Below are positions 39,843 to 53,009 of a stretch of DNA of 64,000 nucleotides, piece by piece (the first letter of the stretch is position 1; each line of letters begins with the position of its first letter). Both the position numbers and the translations under genes were made by a program. Source of the DNA: Ginglymostoma cirratum (Eukaryota); assembly GCA_024137785.1 (NCBI GenBank), contig JAHRHZ010000030.1, positions 7,568,288 to 7,632,287 of the forward strand. Reading direction: 5' to 3'. The notes under the pieces were generated by a model. It was given only the letters and a program-made list of their open reading frames with translations, did no database searches and was not told where the DNA came from.

Positions 39843-40905
39843 GGGGTCTGTTATGCTGCAGTGGTAATATCCCTGCCTCTAAGCTAGGATGCATGGGTTC
39901 AGGTCCCACTTGCTCCAGAGGTGTATCATAACAGGTTGATTTGAAATTATCTCCTTAAGTCCTGACTTTACATGTAAAAGAAGGGAAAGGGGTGAAACAT
40001 GATGAAAAAGAAAGATGAAAATCAATAAAGCAGACCCAGGGGCTCTACTGTGGTAGTGTCACTGAGCCAGGAGGCCTGGCTTCAAGTCCCACCTTTGGAG
40101 CTGTATAATGACGACATCTCTGAACGGCGTGATTTGAAAAATATAGAGCAGACCCAGAGAGCTCTTGTTACTACAACTGTGCCACATCACTGAACAGCTA
40201 AATTAGAAAATAGCTATGCAGCAGACTCAGCCCCTTCGCATTCTCTCTGCCTCTCCCTCACATCCAGCCGACCTATCCCTCATATTTGATGGTAAGCATT
40301 GCACTTAATGGACTTCGCGTGTAAATATCTAATTGGCTGCATTGGTCATTTACTGGAGGTGGTTAGGTGTTATAAACAAAAAAAGAATGGTGATGGGCGG
40401 AAACTGGTTGTGAGAGAGAGCACTTTGGGATATAGAAAAATAATCAGGCCTAAGGACGGGCTGTTGTGGTACAGTAATAGAGTCCCTACCTCTGGACGAA
40501 GAGGTCAGTGTTTAGTTCCATCTGATCAGCTTTGTTGTGGCATTTATGAACAGATAGAGTAGAAAATTTCTTGGAAGAAACTGGTAATGAGTGCAGTTTA
40601 TTGTGCTTGTTTTCTAGTGGTACAGCGGTCATGTTTCTATCTCAGAGACAGGAGGTCTGAGTTCAAGTCCCATCTGCTTCCGAGGTGGATAATAACATCT
40701 CTGAACTGGATTGATTAGAACATAACTCCATGTGGAAACTGGCGGTCTCTTGTGGAGTTGAAAAGGTTTAAAATAAATATAACACGGGGAGGAGTTCTTC
40801 TGGTGCAGTGGTATTATCACTGCCTTTGAGCCAAGAGCCCCATGTTCAAGTCCCACCTGCTCTGGAGATGCCCAATAACATCTCCATAACAAGCTCTTAA
40901 ATAGA
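39843..40905 (+). repeat. Cluster of five ~110-bp tRNA-derived SINE-like units, all on the + strand
   Basis: Units at ~39843, 40040, 40458, 40610 and 40790 share tggtgcagtggt (A box)...gttcaagtcccacctgctc (B box)...ataacatctc...gattagaaaa. Confidence 0.8.
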
Positions 40906-41169
40906 AAAGTCCCATAAAGCAGACCAAGCCCCTTCCAACTCCATTTTGATTTAGCTCCTTCCCACCCTCCCTCACCTTTTTTAATGGCTTGCATTGCCCC
41001 TTAATGCACTTTGCATGTATTCAGCTGAAAATTCAGGTGATGTGCTAGTAGTGGTTCATAGAAGGACCAAAAAAAAACTGATGATTTATTGATGAGGGAA
41101 AAAATAATTCAGTTGTTTGTGATAGCACAGACCCAGGGTGTTTACAGAGCTGTTTCTCTCTGTATATCT

Positions 41170-41410
41170 CTCCTTCAATTCCTCCCACTTCCTACAGACA
41201 AAGCGGGTGGCCGTGGGTACCCGCATGGGCCAAAGCTATGCCTGCCTCTTTGTAGGATACGTGGAACAATCCCTCTTCTGAAGCTACACTGGCCCTATCC
41301 CCCACCTCTTGCATTTCTGAAGAAGGGTCTAGATTCGAAACGTCAGCTTTTCTGCTCCTCTGATGCTGCTTGGCCCGCTGTGTTCATCCAGCTCTACACC
41401 TTGTTAGCTC
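41170..41410 (+). mobile_element. Internally deleted PLE (family 1): RT motif fragment fused to the hammerhead terminus
   Basis: ~41174-41310 matches ~2205-2341 of the long element, then jumps to catttctgaagaaggg (~3841); TSD ctctgtatatct 41158-41169 / 41408-41419. Confidence 0.88.
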
Positions 41411-41479
41411 TGTATATCTTGGGCTGTGACTTGCTTATGAATGCCACATGCAGTGGCCCTATTTTGATGTTCAACAGTA

Positions 41480-41950
41480 AGTGCCAGGCTTCCTGAATTA
41501 TTAAAATTCAAAAGGAGGGAAAAATCAGAGTACGAGAGAAGTTATCAAAAAATAGTAAAACAGATAGTAGTTAACATTTCTTCAGATATTTGAAAAGTTA
41601 ATGAAGTAAGTCTTGGTCCTATAGAACCACTTCTGGAGAATCAGTAATGGAGGATAAAGTGATGACAGACAAATTGAACAGAGATTATGCATCAGTTTTC
41701 CCTAGAGAGGATGCAAGTAACGTGCTGGAAAAAGCTGTCAATCGGGAATTGAAAGGAAGGGAGAAACCCAAGAAAATTACAGTTACCAGAGAAGTAATAC
41801 CAAATGAATTGTTGGAACTGCAAGTTGACAAGTCTCCAGGTCTCGATGGATTTCATCCTCTGGTCTTTTTTTAAAAAAAGTATTAAAAATGTTGATGCAT
41901 TGGTTTTGATTTTCCAAAACTCATGAGATTCCGAGAGAGAGTTCTTTTAG
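41480..41950 (+). mobile_element. CR1-like LINE ORF2 internal fragment
   Basis: ORF 41647..41874: MTDKLNRDYASVF...LQVDKSPGLDGFHP, typical of the region upstream of CR1 RT. Confidence 0.8.
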
Positions 41951-44900
41951 TTTGGGTCCAGAGGAGTTACCGTGACTCACTCCCTAGACTCTAATTGTAC
42001 AGATCCACAGACCAGCCTAAGTAGCTGAATGAAAGGAACCAAATTCCAGGAGATTGATAGCATATGATGCCCTTGACATGCTGTGCCAGGACCCCTTAAC
42101 TGAACGTTGTCTCCCTTGGCCTGACTGAGGACTATGTCCTACAAACGTTGAGACGTGGCCATTTGGTGAATTGTGTGCAGCATATTCACTGTGAATGTTG
42201 CTGCCACATACTGCAGGTGTGAGATTGAAATAGCATGGTGCTGTACAGAAACATGTCCACTCCCTTGAATGATCACTGACATCGATTATAACCTGCCTGA
42301 CAGAGTATGGAGAGCCTTTAGGCTCTGGCTGAGGGGGCAAAGTGCAAAGGAAAAGGCAAAGCAGAGATGTTGTAAGCATCCAAAGTGAGCAAATGCTAAG
42401 AAAGGAGTCCTGAGCAGCTTGATTCTTACACAGTAGTAAATTGACAATATTCTCTTGTATTTCCAATGGAGTGTCAGCTCTGCCGCCCATACGTCCTGAG
42501 GCACGTTTCTTTTTGGCTCCCTAATTGTATAGGGAAGGATAACTCCTGACTGGTGGGACTTGACCTGGTTCATGGCTGGGCTTTAAAAATGGTTATATGC
42601 TAGAAATCCAAAAAGTGTTCTGGCAATGGCAAGTATACGTCTGCCTCTGGCAGGAGGAAAGATAGGCTGAGAAGGGCACTGTAGAGGTGTGATGAATAGC
42701 TAATCGGGTGAGCTGCTGAGAATAGTATGAGGACACTTATTGAGGCTCACGGACAGAAGCTGTTCGAGAAACATGTCATAATTGACCCTGTCTATTTCTG
42801 GTAAATACAGCCGATAACGTTCAGACCTTGTAATATTCTGCATGTTTGTCAAGTAGTTTTGAAAAGAATTAAAAGCAGAAATGTTGGAAAACACTCAACA
42901 AATCATGTAGTTTCTGTGGAGAGTGAAACTGAATTCAGTTTTCAAATTAATTTTCACTGGAGTGTGTGGTAAGCTTTAGTTTTAAAAGGTGAACATATGA
43001 CGGTTCTTATGAAGGAGAGGAACTTGACACTGTGTATAAGTCAGTTCGTCAGAAGTTGTAAAAATGAAAAATAATTTTTGTATTATTTTTGACAAATCAT
43101 CAATGCATCACAATGTTAAAATTTCATGTTTAGTGATAGGAAATGGACAGTCCATCCAAGACACAACTCAAGATTAAATATGCTGATGGAATATTTCACA
43201 CATAACCATGTTGCTATTAGCTCTGTTGTAGTCCAAACGTAGTTAGTTACAAACCAGCAGTAATCGATAGCTGGCTGCTTATAGCAATAATCATGTGGAA
43301 CAGGCAAGTTTGGGATCTGGTAGCAGATCAAACCATGAGTTCAAAGACCCTTGTATCCAATGAATGTTTTTATCTTGGGTATATTTTTGTGTATTAGTTG
43401 CATTTGTGTACACAGTCAGTTTGGAGACTGTGACTGAACCTATGTTCCAGTGTTTTTCAAGATGTTTTAAATTGTGAATCCAAAGCTGACAAGCAGCAAG
43501 GCTGCCGTCATAAGAAATGATTATAGATGACACAAGTCAGGGACCCTGTTGTGACATACCAATAGCTAAATTTATCAAGGAGCCTATTTTCAAACCAGAG
43601 TTTTAAATTATGTTAAGGCAAGAGATGTGACTATGTTTGATATTATGAGAAGAATAAGTAAAAATTTAAGGTTACTGTAGATTTAGCCACATTTAATGGT
43701 ATTTATTTACTTGTTTTATTAATTTTTTTAAAAATCTGCAGTAGTTAGAACCTGAGCTATAATCTGAGGAGTGAAGGATATGTTATATCCAATTAGCCAA
43801 AATACAAGGAGAAGCGTTATCTTGACCCTGGGGTTATTGGATTCACCTAGACACTGAGCAAGTAAAGGCACATTACTAGGCATAGATAGTAAGGAGTATT
43901 ATAAGTCGGAATCTTCTGTAAGTTTGGGGGAGAGATGAATGTAAGAGCTCAAACATGTTAGGCTTATTACCTGGAAATATTTTCAAGTGCAGACCAAAAG
44001 ATTCAACTTGTGATTAATGATAGAAAGTGACTAAAGTTTGTTTCTTCTGTGAAACTATTGACTGTACTTTATAGGTGATTTGAACTGTTGAAGCAAGACC
44101 AGTCAATAACGTGCAGTAGTCTCAGTAGGTTGTTTCTTCAAACTCATTTCTCACTGTTAGTTTTTCCCTTTCACAAATTATGATGATTACTTTGAATGAA
44201 TTCCTTTTAATATGAACTGTCAATTGAGTCTCCCTCAGATAAGATTTGTCTTTTTTAAACCAGAGTTGAAGTGAAAACAAAAAAGAAAATGCTGCAACTA
44301 TTCTGCATTCAGGCAGCATTGATAGAAAGACAAATATAGGATAAAAGAAGGGAGAGATTGAATAACAGAAGAATCAGCTTTAGAGAGTCAAGTGGATAGC
44401 TGCTGGCAAAAATAAGAACCAGAGATATACCTAGAGCAGCTTTGCTGTTGTTTGACAGCAAAATCTAATGAAACCAGAAACATGCAAAGTAAAAGAGCAA
44501 AATAGGAACCAGAGATAATGAACCCAAATTATCTGGCCATCTGTATCTGTTCTTACAGATGTTAGGTGGTCTCATTATGAGCTTGGCTGAGCTTCAAGAG
44601 TCATTAATGGATCAGCCAATCAGGTTGAAATTGAGCATTAGCTTTGATTGACTTCCTAGAGGTTATATTAAATTATTACTACTTTGATCTGCTTTTTCAT
44701 TGTGTTCATTTGGACAAGGGTCAGATGTGTGAAATAAGGTAAAGCTTCTCTCATTGCAACTATGAACAGCTCTCTCTGGTTGATATATGTGTAGGAGGAA
44801 ACATCAGTTTATCTCAAAGCTATTTTTTAATGGGTGTTTTTTGCATGATTGATTCAAGATTTTCCACTGTTCGTTGGCTCATAAGTTCTGTGTCTATTAT

Positions 44901-45273
44901 ACCCATTCGGTAACTAGGCATAAATGATACACCAAGCATGCAGTGAGGAAGGCATACGGAAGGGGCATTGGAATGGATAGAGGGTGAAAGAATGCATGGC
45001 CAAGAAGGCCAAGCAGCCTTTTATGCAGTTGGATCAAAGTCCTAGCAAATTGAGGCAGGTCTTCTCATCAGTAAGCGCATGCACTGTCTGCAGATATGTT
45101 GGAATTGATTACACCACACTTCTGCCTTCCTGAAATGCTTATATCATCCATGTCAAGCCTCTCAGTATTCTGCATATCAATTAAAATTAAGTCATTACAC
45201 TTTTAAGGTCTGATCTCTTGAATGATTGAAACCAATTGCAGTTTTGTTCAATTTTATCTTCTTATTTTTACAG

Positions 45274-45351
45274 AATTTGTACAGTTTTCTGGCCCAACCA
45301 AATGCTCTTGTTCACCTTGATTTGTCAAACACGGACTGTGCGTTAGATATG
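45274..45351 (+). CDS. CARMIL1: CARMIL1 coding exon H (78 nt, phase 0-0): [26 protein letters not shown]
   Basis: Acceptor cttatttttacag, donor gtatgt; LRR motif LVHLDLSNT. Confidence 0.95.
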
Positions 45352-45705
45352 GTATGTACTCAAGTTTCATGTGATTGATCTTTGCTATTTTAACTTGATA
45401 ATGTTAATGATTAAGGGAAATTTTCTCACCCAGAGGGTTGTAGAGATCCGGAACTCATTTTGTGAAATGGAGCTAGAAACAGACACCCTCATCACATTGA
45501 ACAAATACCTAGAATTGCCCTTGTTGTGCTGTGACCAGCAAAGCAATGGAAAGTGAGATGAGGCTGCATGCTTATTTGTTGTCTACTGCAGATATATCAC
45601 ACTGAATTGCCTTCTCTTCTATTCATGCTGTGAGTGTGAATGTTCTGTCCTTTCAGCTTACTGAGTCTATGGAATTGCTAATGATAAGCAAATAAGGAAA
45701 ATCGG

Positions 45706-45846
45706 AATAAAAACCGAAAGAACTGCGGATGATGTAAATCAGGAACAAAAACAGAGTTTCCTGCATAAGCTCAGCAGGTCTGGCAGCAACTGTGAAGAAA
45801 ACAATGGAGTTAACATTTTGGGTCCGGTGATCCTTCCTCAGAACTC
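45706..45846 (-). mobile_element. Short PLE terminus (family 2) with tail, ending at hammerhead stem I
   Basis: Minus strand gagtt-ctgagga-aggatcaccggaccc-aaaa-tgtt-aactc; 5-bp stem I GAGUU/AACUC; GAAA box mutated. Confidence 0.85.
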
Positions 45847-46874
45847 AGGAATATTGGAACATGGCTTTCAGAATTAGTTACTGTTTTGAAGTTCTGATTT
45901 TACCTAGATAAAATATGGGCCAAAAGTCTATTTAATTCCAACGAATTCTCTCTTTTTCTAAATCCTTCTCACCCCTGTGTAGGAAAAAGTGAACACCGGC
46001 CAGGATAGGGGCTAAGGTGGGTTGGTTTGGGGTTTGTGAAATTGCATGTCATGACCAGTGTACACCATGCCTGTTGCCAATTCATCTCAACTGGTATTTT
46101 GCTAGTGATAGAGTACATATCAGGCTCCATGCCCACCTTTTAGGCCAGTTGAGGCCCTTGAGTGAATAATTCACATCCTCCTTTTGGTAACTGTTGGCAA
46201 TTTGCCAATGATGTATCATGCCTAAACGATGTGTCAAGGCCACCAGATAAATCATATGCATAACACACGACCCATTATTGCAACACAGACTTGCACAACC
46301 TCACGTTCTGAATGCGGCTACCCAACCCTCTTTCTCACCTTAGCACAGCTGTCCTGATATGTCTTAGAATCTAGCCTCTATTACCCTTCTCTGCGTTGGG
46401 AAATAATTCTGCACTGATAAATAGCCACGCTGGCAGTGATGCTGCTGAGACTGGAACGCTGGTAGCCATCTAATTAGCCAGCAGTTCTGGTAGGTGAGAC
46501 ATTCTCCCATTTGGGGTGGAATCTGTGACAGTTAACATCCTAATTACCATAAAATCTGGGGTTGACTTCTTGGCTATCTGGCCTGGCGGCCACAACACTG
46601 GCTCAGCCATCCCTTGGAGAAGTAGAGCAATGCTATCTAAAATTTCAGCTGTAGTTTTGGAAAAATTTCTTCATTCTCAAAGGGCTTTTGGTTGATTTGC
46701 ATTCCTGTAGAGCTCTTTAGAATATCTTACCACATTAATGGTGGTATCATCGCAAGTTGTTAATATATGAATATGAAACAGCGATACAATTGACATGTAA
46801 TTTATAACAACATCATGAAATTTACCAGTGTACAGCCTTTCTTAATCCATGTACAGTTTTGCTTTTCTTTTAGT

Positions 46875-46955
46875 CTCTGTCTCTCTCTCTGTCTGTCTCT
46901 CGTTCCCGCTCCCCCTCTCTCTGTCTCTCTCTCCCGCTCCCTCGCTCTCGTGCTC
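46875..46955. repeat. Degenerate (CT)n microsatellite
   Basis: Directly visible. Confidence 0.7.
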
Positions 46956-47319
46956 TTTACAGTTAAGTACACCGTATCCTCTGATTACAGTCCCTTCCTA
47001 CATTTCACATTTTTGATCTGTGTTCACTTGTTAGTTCTATTTTAAGGCTCCATCTTGTATTTATTTCTGTAGCTACAGGTGGCATAGAGAGAGACACCAT
47101 TGGTGATGTCCAGATGGGAGAAAGTGCATTGATGTCTAAATTAGTAACTAGGCAAGACTGCCATTTAAGGACCTTGAGTGACTGGGCGTGAGGAGGATCC
47201 ATCTTTATGGATTTGAAATTACAGGATCTGTGATTTGACTGAAGTACATTCGTATAGCGTATGCATCAGGGCTTTCACTAACTAGATGTTTGGCTGGACA
47301 CTAATCTGCCCACCAATTT

Positions 47320-48360
47320 GATTGATTTGACTTATTATCACATGTACCTAAGTACAGTGAAAACCTCGTTTGCGAGCACTACAGCAATGACAAACAGGTC
47401 ACAGGATGATGAAAAACATTTGGACAGGACATGTTCTATGCAAGATCAACCTTTAACGGGATCAGCTTTATTTGAAGTTAGAGAGTCCAATCATCAGTCT
47501 AATAATGGCAGGGAAGAAGCTGTTATTGAACCTGCTGGTGTGCATTCAAGCCTCTGTATCTTCTGCCTGAGGGAATAGTTTGTTGGAGAGCATTACCAGG
47601 GTGGGATGGGATTTGATGATGGCAGCCTTTCCACAAGATGTGTATTTGGAGACCATGGATGGGAGATTGGCCTCTGATGGCCTGGGCTGTGCACACAACC
47701 TCCTGTAGTTTCTTACGGTCCTCAGCAGAACAGTTGCTGTACCAGGCCACATGTGCCCAGACAGTGTGCTTTCTGTGGTGCATCTGTAAAAGTTGGTGAA
47801 GGTCCATAAGTACATGCCAAGTTTCCTGAGCTGCCTGAAGAGGATGAGGCTTTGTCATGCCTTCTTGACTGTCACATCTACATGGGAAGCCCAGGACAGC
47901 TTGTCGGATATGGTCACTCCTAAGAACTTGACCCTCTTAACACACTCAACCTCTGCTCCGTTGATGTAGAAGGGGATGTGTTCTCCACCTTTCTGGAGTC
48001 AATGATCAGTTCTTTGGTTTTGCCAACATTGAGAGAGATGTTATTATCATTGCACCTCATCACCAAGCCCTCTATCTCCTTTCTGTGTTCTGACTCATCG
48101 TTGTTTGATATCTGTCTTACCATGGTGGTGTCGTCAGCAAACTTGTAGATGGCATTTGTTCAGAATTTGGCAGTGCAGTCATGGGTGAACAGGGGGTACA
48201 GTGGGGGCTGAGATTACATCCTTGGGTGGCTCCAGTATTGTGTTACCATGGAGGAAGTGCAGTTGTCAATCTTTACTGATTGCGGTCTATGGATTAGGAA
48301 GCCGAGGATCCAGTTGCAGAGGGTAGAACTGCGATCTAGGTCTGAGTTTTGAGATCAGTC
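47320..48360 (-). mobile_element. Rex1/Babar-like LINE 3' fragment
   Basis: Minus strand YKFADDTTMV, CNDNNISLNVGKTKELIIDSRK, FYRCTTESTLSG and AWYSNCSAEDRKKLQEVV. Confidence 0.85.
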
Positions 48361-49719
48361 TCTAGTTACCTTAGAGTAAGCAGCCAAATGCCCTTTTAAT
48401 GAAGGTATACAAACTTGATAGCCTTGGAAAACCCACCATCCATTAATAGCTGAACATATTCTGCAATTTGAGGACTAGATGCTAGAGCCTTTAATGAAGG
48501 ACCAACTGCAGTTGCGCTCATAGTATTCTTACCTCCCTGTGCTCCAGAGTAAATCAATGTTTTATTGTAATATGACATCAAATCTTAGTGAAATCCTGTT
48601 TAGCACAAGGTCTCATTGGACATTTCTTTTGTTCTGCTGAAATGCCTAACTGATTTCATGGTTTTTGGCACCTTTGCATTATTTCGCCTGTTTAAAGGGA
48701 GTTAAATCCATGGGAAATTGTACTCGAAAAGACTACAGTGAGGGTTCACAGGCAGTGCCTGTATACCCATCAGAATTGCCTGATGGAAAATCATAGGCTG
48801 TGTACCAGCAATTTCTGACCATTATTCTCTGTCAGTGCTACTCCCTGCTGAAAGCCCAGAGGGTGGAATTTATTCCGTTGTTAGGAGCTATTCATGGTAG
48901 TGTAGCCTAAAGTATAAACACTTTAGGAAGGAATGGAACATGTACTTTTTTTTGCACTTTTGTCAACAGCAGATTGGTTTCTCAGTAGATATGAAAGTCA
49001 TGCAAGCTGAAGATTGAATCCAGGTGAACAGGACTTTTTATGTTGATTGTGCTATATATTACAATAAAAACAGAAAAATATTTGAAATTATTAGGTCTGG
49101 CAACACCTGCAGAGAAGGAAAGAAGAAGTTAACATTTTCTGTTTAATAACCTGTAACCAGATCTGTTGAGTATTTCCAAAATTTTTCTTTATTTCAAATT
49201 CATGACCTTTTGCTTTTCAGTGTAATCGTGCAAGTTGTATACTGTTAAAATAGAAGTCTCCATTCATTCCAACTTCTTTTTTTTTCCCTTTCAACCATGT
49301 TGGATCTATAAGCACTATTACTCCGTTATTCTCAGCTTGAAGGTTGACACATTGAGCTCTCTTCTTGAACTTGCAGGCCCTGTGTTAGACCCAAAAGCTC
49401 TCAGGGAGAGAATTCCAGGATTGCATTTGACCACTTAAAGACCTCAGTTGACCCAAGGGTGGATGAAGTGATGGATGCCCCCCCCCCACCACATTTGTAA
49501 TTGTGAAGGTGACAAGGGCTGTAGATTTGACTTTAACAATAAGGCTCGAAGTTTATTTACCCTAAAACGAAGATAAGAGAATAAAACTAGGCTATTTACT
49601 TATGACGCAATTGTTAAGATTTCAAAACACCTAAATAAAATCCAATCTATCTCAAAGCAATACTTTCCAGTACTCAACTATCAGAGATTTCCCTATCACA
49701 TCGACAGGTTTGCCTTACC

Positions 49720-51075
49720 GGTTTGGTCTTGAACATTTTATAGCCTTTTCCTTTTTGAAAAAGTGACTAAGAAGATAAAACAGTGGTGGTAGACGTTGTC
49801 TACACGGACTTTAGCAAGGCCTTCGACACGGTTCCGCATGGTAGACTGGTTAGATCAGTTTAATCGAGGGAGGGCTAGCCAATTGGATACAAAATTGGCA
49901 TGATGGTAGGAGACCAAAGGGTAGTGGTGACGGAGTTGAGGCCCATGACCAGTGGTGTGTGACAAGGATTGGTGCTGAGTCCATTGTTGTTCATCATTTA
50001 TGTAAATGGTTTGGATGAGAATATAGGAGGCATGATTAGTAAGTTTATGAATGACAGCAAAATTGGTAGTATAGTGGACAGTGAAGAAGGTTAAACACTG
50101 AAAGAATGCGGATGCTGCAAATCAGGGACAAAAAGAGAAATTGCTGGAAAAGCTCAGGGGTCTGGCAGCATCTGTAGAGAGAAATCAGAGTTAGTGTCTC
50201 AGTTCGAGTGACCCGTCCTCAGAACTGCAGAAGAAGGTAATCTGGGAGTACAGCAGGATCTTGATCAACTGGGCCAGTGGGTGAGGAATGGCAGATCGAG
50301 TTTATTTCCGATAAATGCAAGGTGTTGCATTTTTGCAAGACAAACCAGACCAGTATTTACACAGTTAATGCTAGGGCCTTAGAGAGTGTTGTCGAGCAGA
50401 GAGACCTAGGGCTACAGGTACATAGTTCCTTGAAAGTGGCTTCACAGGAAGATAGGGTGGTGAAGATGGTGTTTGGCACACTTGCCTTCATCAGAGCATT
50501 GAATACAGGGTTTGGGATGTCATGTTACTGCTGTACATAGCACTGGTAAGGCCACATTTGGAGTACTGCGTACAATTCTGATCCCTCTGTTGCAGAAAGG
50601 ATGTTATTAAACTGGAAAGGGTGCATAAACAGTCTAAGATATTACCGAGACTGGAAGGTTTGAGTTATAAGGAGAGCTGGATAGGCTGGGACTTTTTTTC
50701 CTTGGAGTGTAGCAGGGTGTGACCCGATAGAGATTAAAATTATGAGGGGGCATAGCAAAGGTCTTTTCCCCAGGGTAGGGGAGTCAGAAACTGAAGTGCA
50801 TGGGTTTAAGGTGAGAGGAAACATTTAGTACGGACCTGAAAGGCAACTTTTTGATGCAGAGGATGATGCATACATGGAACAAGCTGCCAGAGGAAGTAGT
50901 GGGGGCGGATACAATTACAACATTTAAAAGGCATCTGGATGGGTACATTGATAGGAAGGGTTTAAAGAGATATGAGTCAATGCAGGAAAATGGGACATGT
51001 TCAGTTTAGGATATCTGGCTGGCATGAGCAAGTTGGCAAAAGGAGCTGTTTCCCTGCTGTATGACTCTGTGACTC
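49720..51075 (+). mobile_element. CR1/HER1-like LINE RT and 3' end, with a nested PLE terminus
   Basis: VVYTDFSKAFDTVPHGRL, ISKFMNDSKIG, WQIEFISDKCKVLHF, LVRPHLEYCVQF; tail tttccctgctgtatgactctgtgactct. Confidence 0.9.
50092..50229 (-). mobile_element. Short PLE terminus (family 2) with tail, nested in CR1 RT
   Basis: Ends at cctcagaact (hammerhead 5' edge); flanked by direct repeat gaagaaggt. Confidence 0.85.
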
Positions 51076-51619
51076 TCGTCACATGACTGAGTTTAAACTT
51101 CATTTGCTTCACATAACCACCGCAGGTTTCAAATCAATTGCTTTTGGTCTGGAATTTTCATACTAAATCCCTTACATGAAAGTAACCTATTTTCTGACTG
51201 TTCTGAACTAACTCCTTTCTCCAGGTGAAACTGTTCTTGCATCTAAACTCAACTAAATCTTCTGAAACCAAAAATTTTTAATCTATGGGTTTTACTCCTA
51301 AGCAACAAAAATTGAGTCTTTTAAAACCAAAGTGAGCTAAAATGTTTGAAGAAATAAGCATTGAAAACATTACTGCTGCAAACAAATACCCATTATCACT
51401 CTAGTGGCTGTTCTGCCTCACGTGCAGGTTTAAAAAATTATGGCTGTAGAAAGACTGACAAGTTCATTTTTAAATCACCTCGCACACATGGACAAAAACC
51501 TACTTGCCACTGGTTCAAAATTCAAACTCAATAAAAAGTAATATATAATTTACTTTAGAGATAACAGACTTTGCATCATAAAGCTGTGATTGACTCTGCT
51601 TCCACCATACTATTGGGTA

Positions 51620-52310
51620 GTGCTTTCCATATCCCAACTACTCCTCAAGCTTTCCTTCTGTTGCCTTCACTACTTTTGCTATTCATTGCAGTAGTTCCTC
51701 AGGATAGTGTTGTAAGCCCAACTTTCAGTGCTTTGTCAAAAACCTTCCCTTTATCATAAGATAAGAAATGGGAATATTCGCTGATGATTACAGAGTTCTC
51801 AGCACCATTCAAATCTCCTCAGATACTGAAGTAGCCTGTATCCAAATGTACTGGATGGACAGTTTTGGGCTGAAAGATGGCAAGTAGCATTCACACGATA
51901 GACATGCCAGGCAATGACCATCTCCTGCAAGAGAAAATCTAATCCTAACCCTTTTGACATTCAGTGGCATCAACATCAATGAATCCTCCACTGCTGACAT
52001 CTTTGGGGGTTACAATTTACCAGAAACTGAACTACACTAGCTATATACATAAATTGGCTATAACATCAAGTCGGAATCTTGGAATGCTGCAGCGGGTAAC
52101 TCTTCACATGAATGCCCAGATCTATCCATAATCTATCAGACAGAAGCCAGGAGTGTGGCAGAATTCCCCTTCCTTCGGAACTCCCTTCCTAACAACCCAG
52201 TAGATATGTGTACTCCTGAAGGATTGCAGCAGTTTAAGAAGGCCACTATCATCATCTCATAGTAATTACAGTTTAATGCTGAATTTGCCCACATCGCATG
52301 AATGAATGAA
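51620..52310 (+). mobile_element. CR1-group LINE RT/3' fragment
   Basis: gttcctcaggatagtgttgtaagccca (VPQDSVVSP, cf. VPQGSVLGP), IFADD at ~51775, 3' end cccacatcgcatgaatgaatgaa. Confidence 0.75.
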
Positions 52311-52880
52311 ATGGACCTTATATTCTGTTTTTTGGGTCTTGACGCTGCTATAATTGGAACAGTTTTTCATGATCTATTCTGTCAAAGTCCCTCATTCTTG
52401 TTATTTTCAATATGTACCTCCTTGTCTCAATCACCTCATCAAAAGAGAAAATATCCAGTTTTGCAATTCTTGCCCCTTCCCCCCCCCCCCCACCAACTGC
52501 TTCTTTCTCTTCGTCATTAAAGCCCCTTTGACTTTTGTCTGCATCTTTTTCTCATGCTTTCACTTCCTTCATTAAAGTACGGTGCAGATAATAATTGATA
52601 CATTTTCCCCTTAAAATGAATAACTTCACAGCTTGCTGCATTAACTTGCACCTGCCACATGATTGCCCATTCTATCAACTGTACTGTCGACTTTAGGTCG
52701 GTCTTTAGCCTCCATACAGTTGACAGTATTTCCAAGTTTTTTTTTTGTCAACCACAAATTTCTAAATTGTGCCCATGCACCCAAATTAAAGTTATCAATT
52801 TTTATCAATGCGGACCAATACCAGTCCTTGGAAATCTGGACTGTATATCTTCATCTGTCTGAAAAAAAGCCATTCATCAC

Positions 52881-53009
52881 AGAGGTAGTAGGAACGGCCG
52901 ATGCTGGAGAATCTGAGATAACACGGTGGGGAGCTGGATGAACACAGCAGGCCAAGCAGCGTCAGAGGAGCAGGAAAGCTGACGTTTCGGGTCAAGACCC
53001 TTCTTCAAG
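52881..53009 (-). mobile_element. Short PLE terminus (family 1) with tail, ending at the hammerhead core
   Basis: Minus strand ttgaagaagggtcttgacccgaaacgtcagctttcctgctcc... Confidence 0.88.

Noticed and set aside
39843-40905. tRNA gene cluster or CRISPR-like array
   Set aside because: No intact cloverleaf; units are long, diverged and irregularly spaced in a vertebrate intron, which fits SINE heads
42000-42700. Possible PIF/Harbinger transposase remnant and related non-autonomous elements (~6330-6840, 28770-29540, 45990-46650)
   Set aside because: Similarity is too degenerate to support by eye; no clear terminal inverted repeats or catalytic motifs
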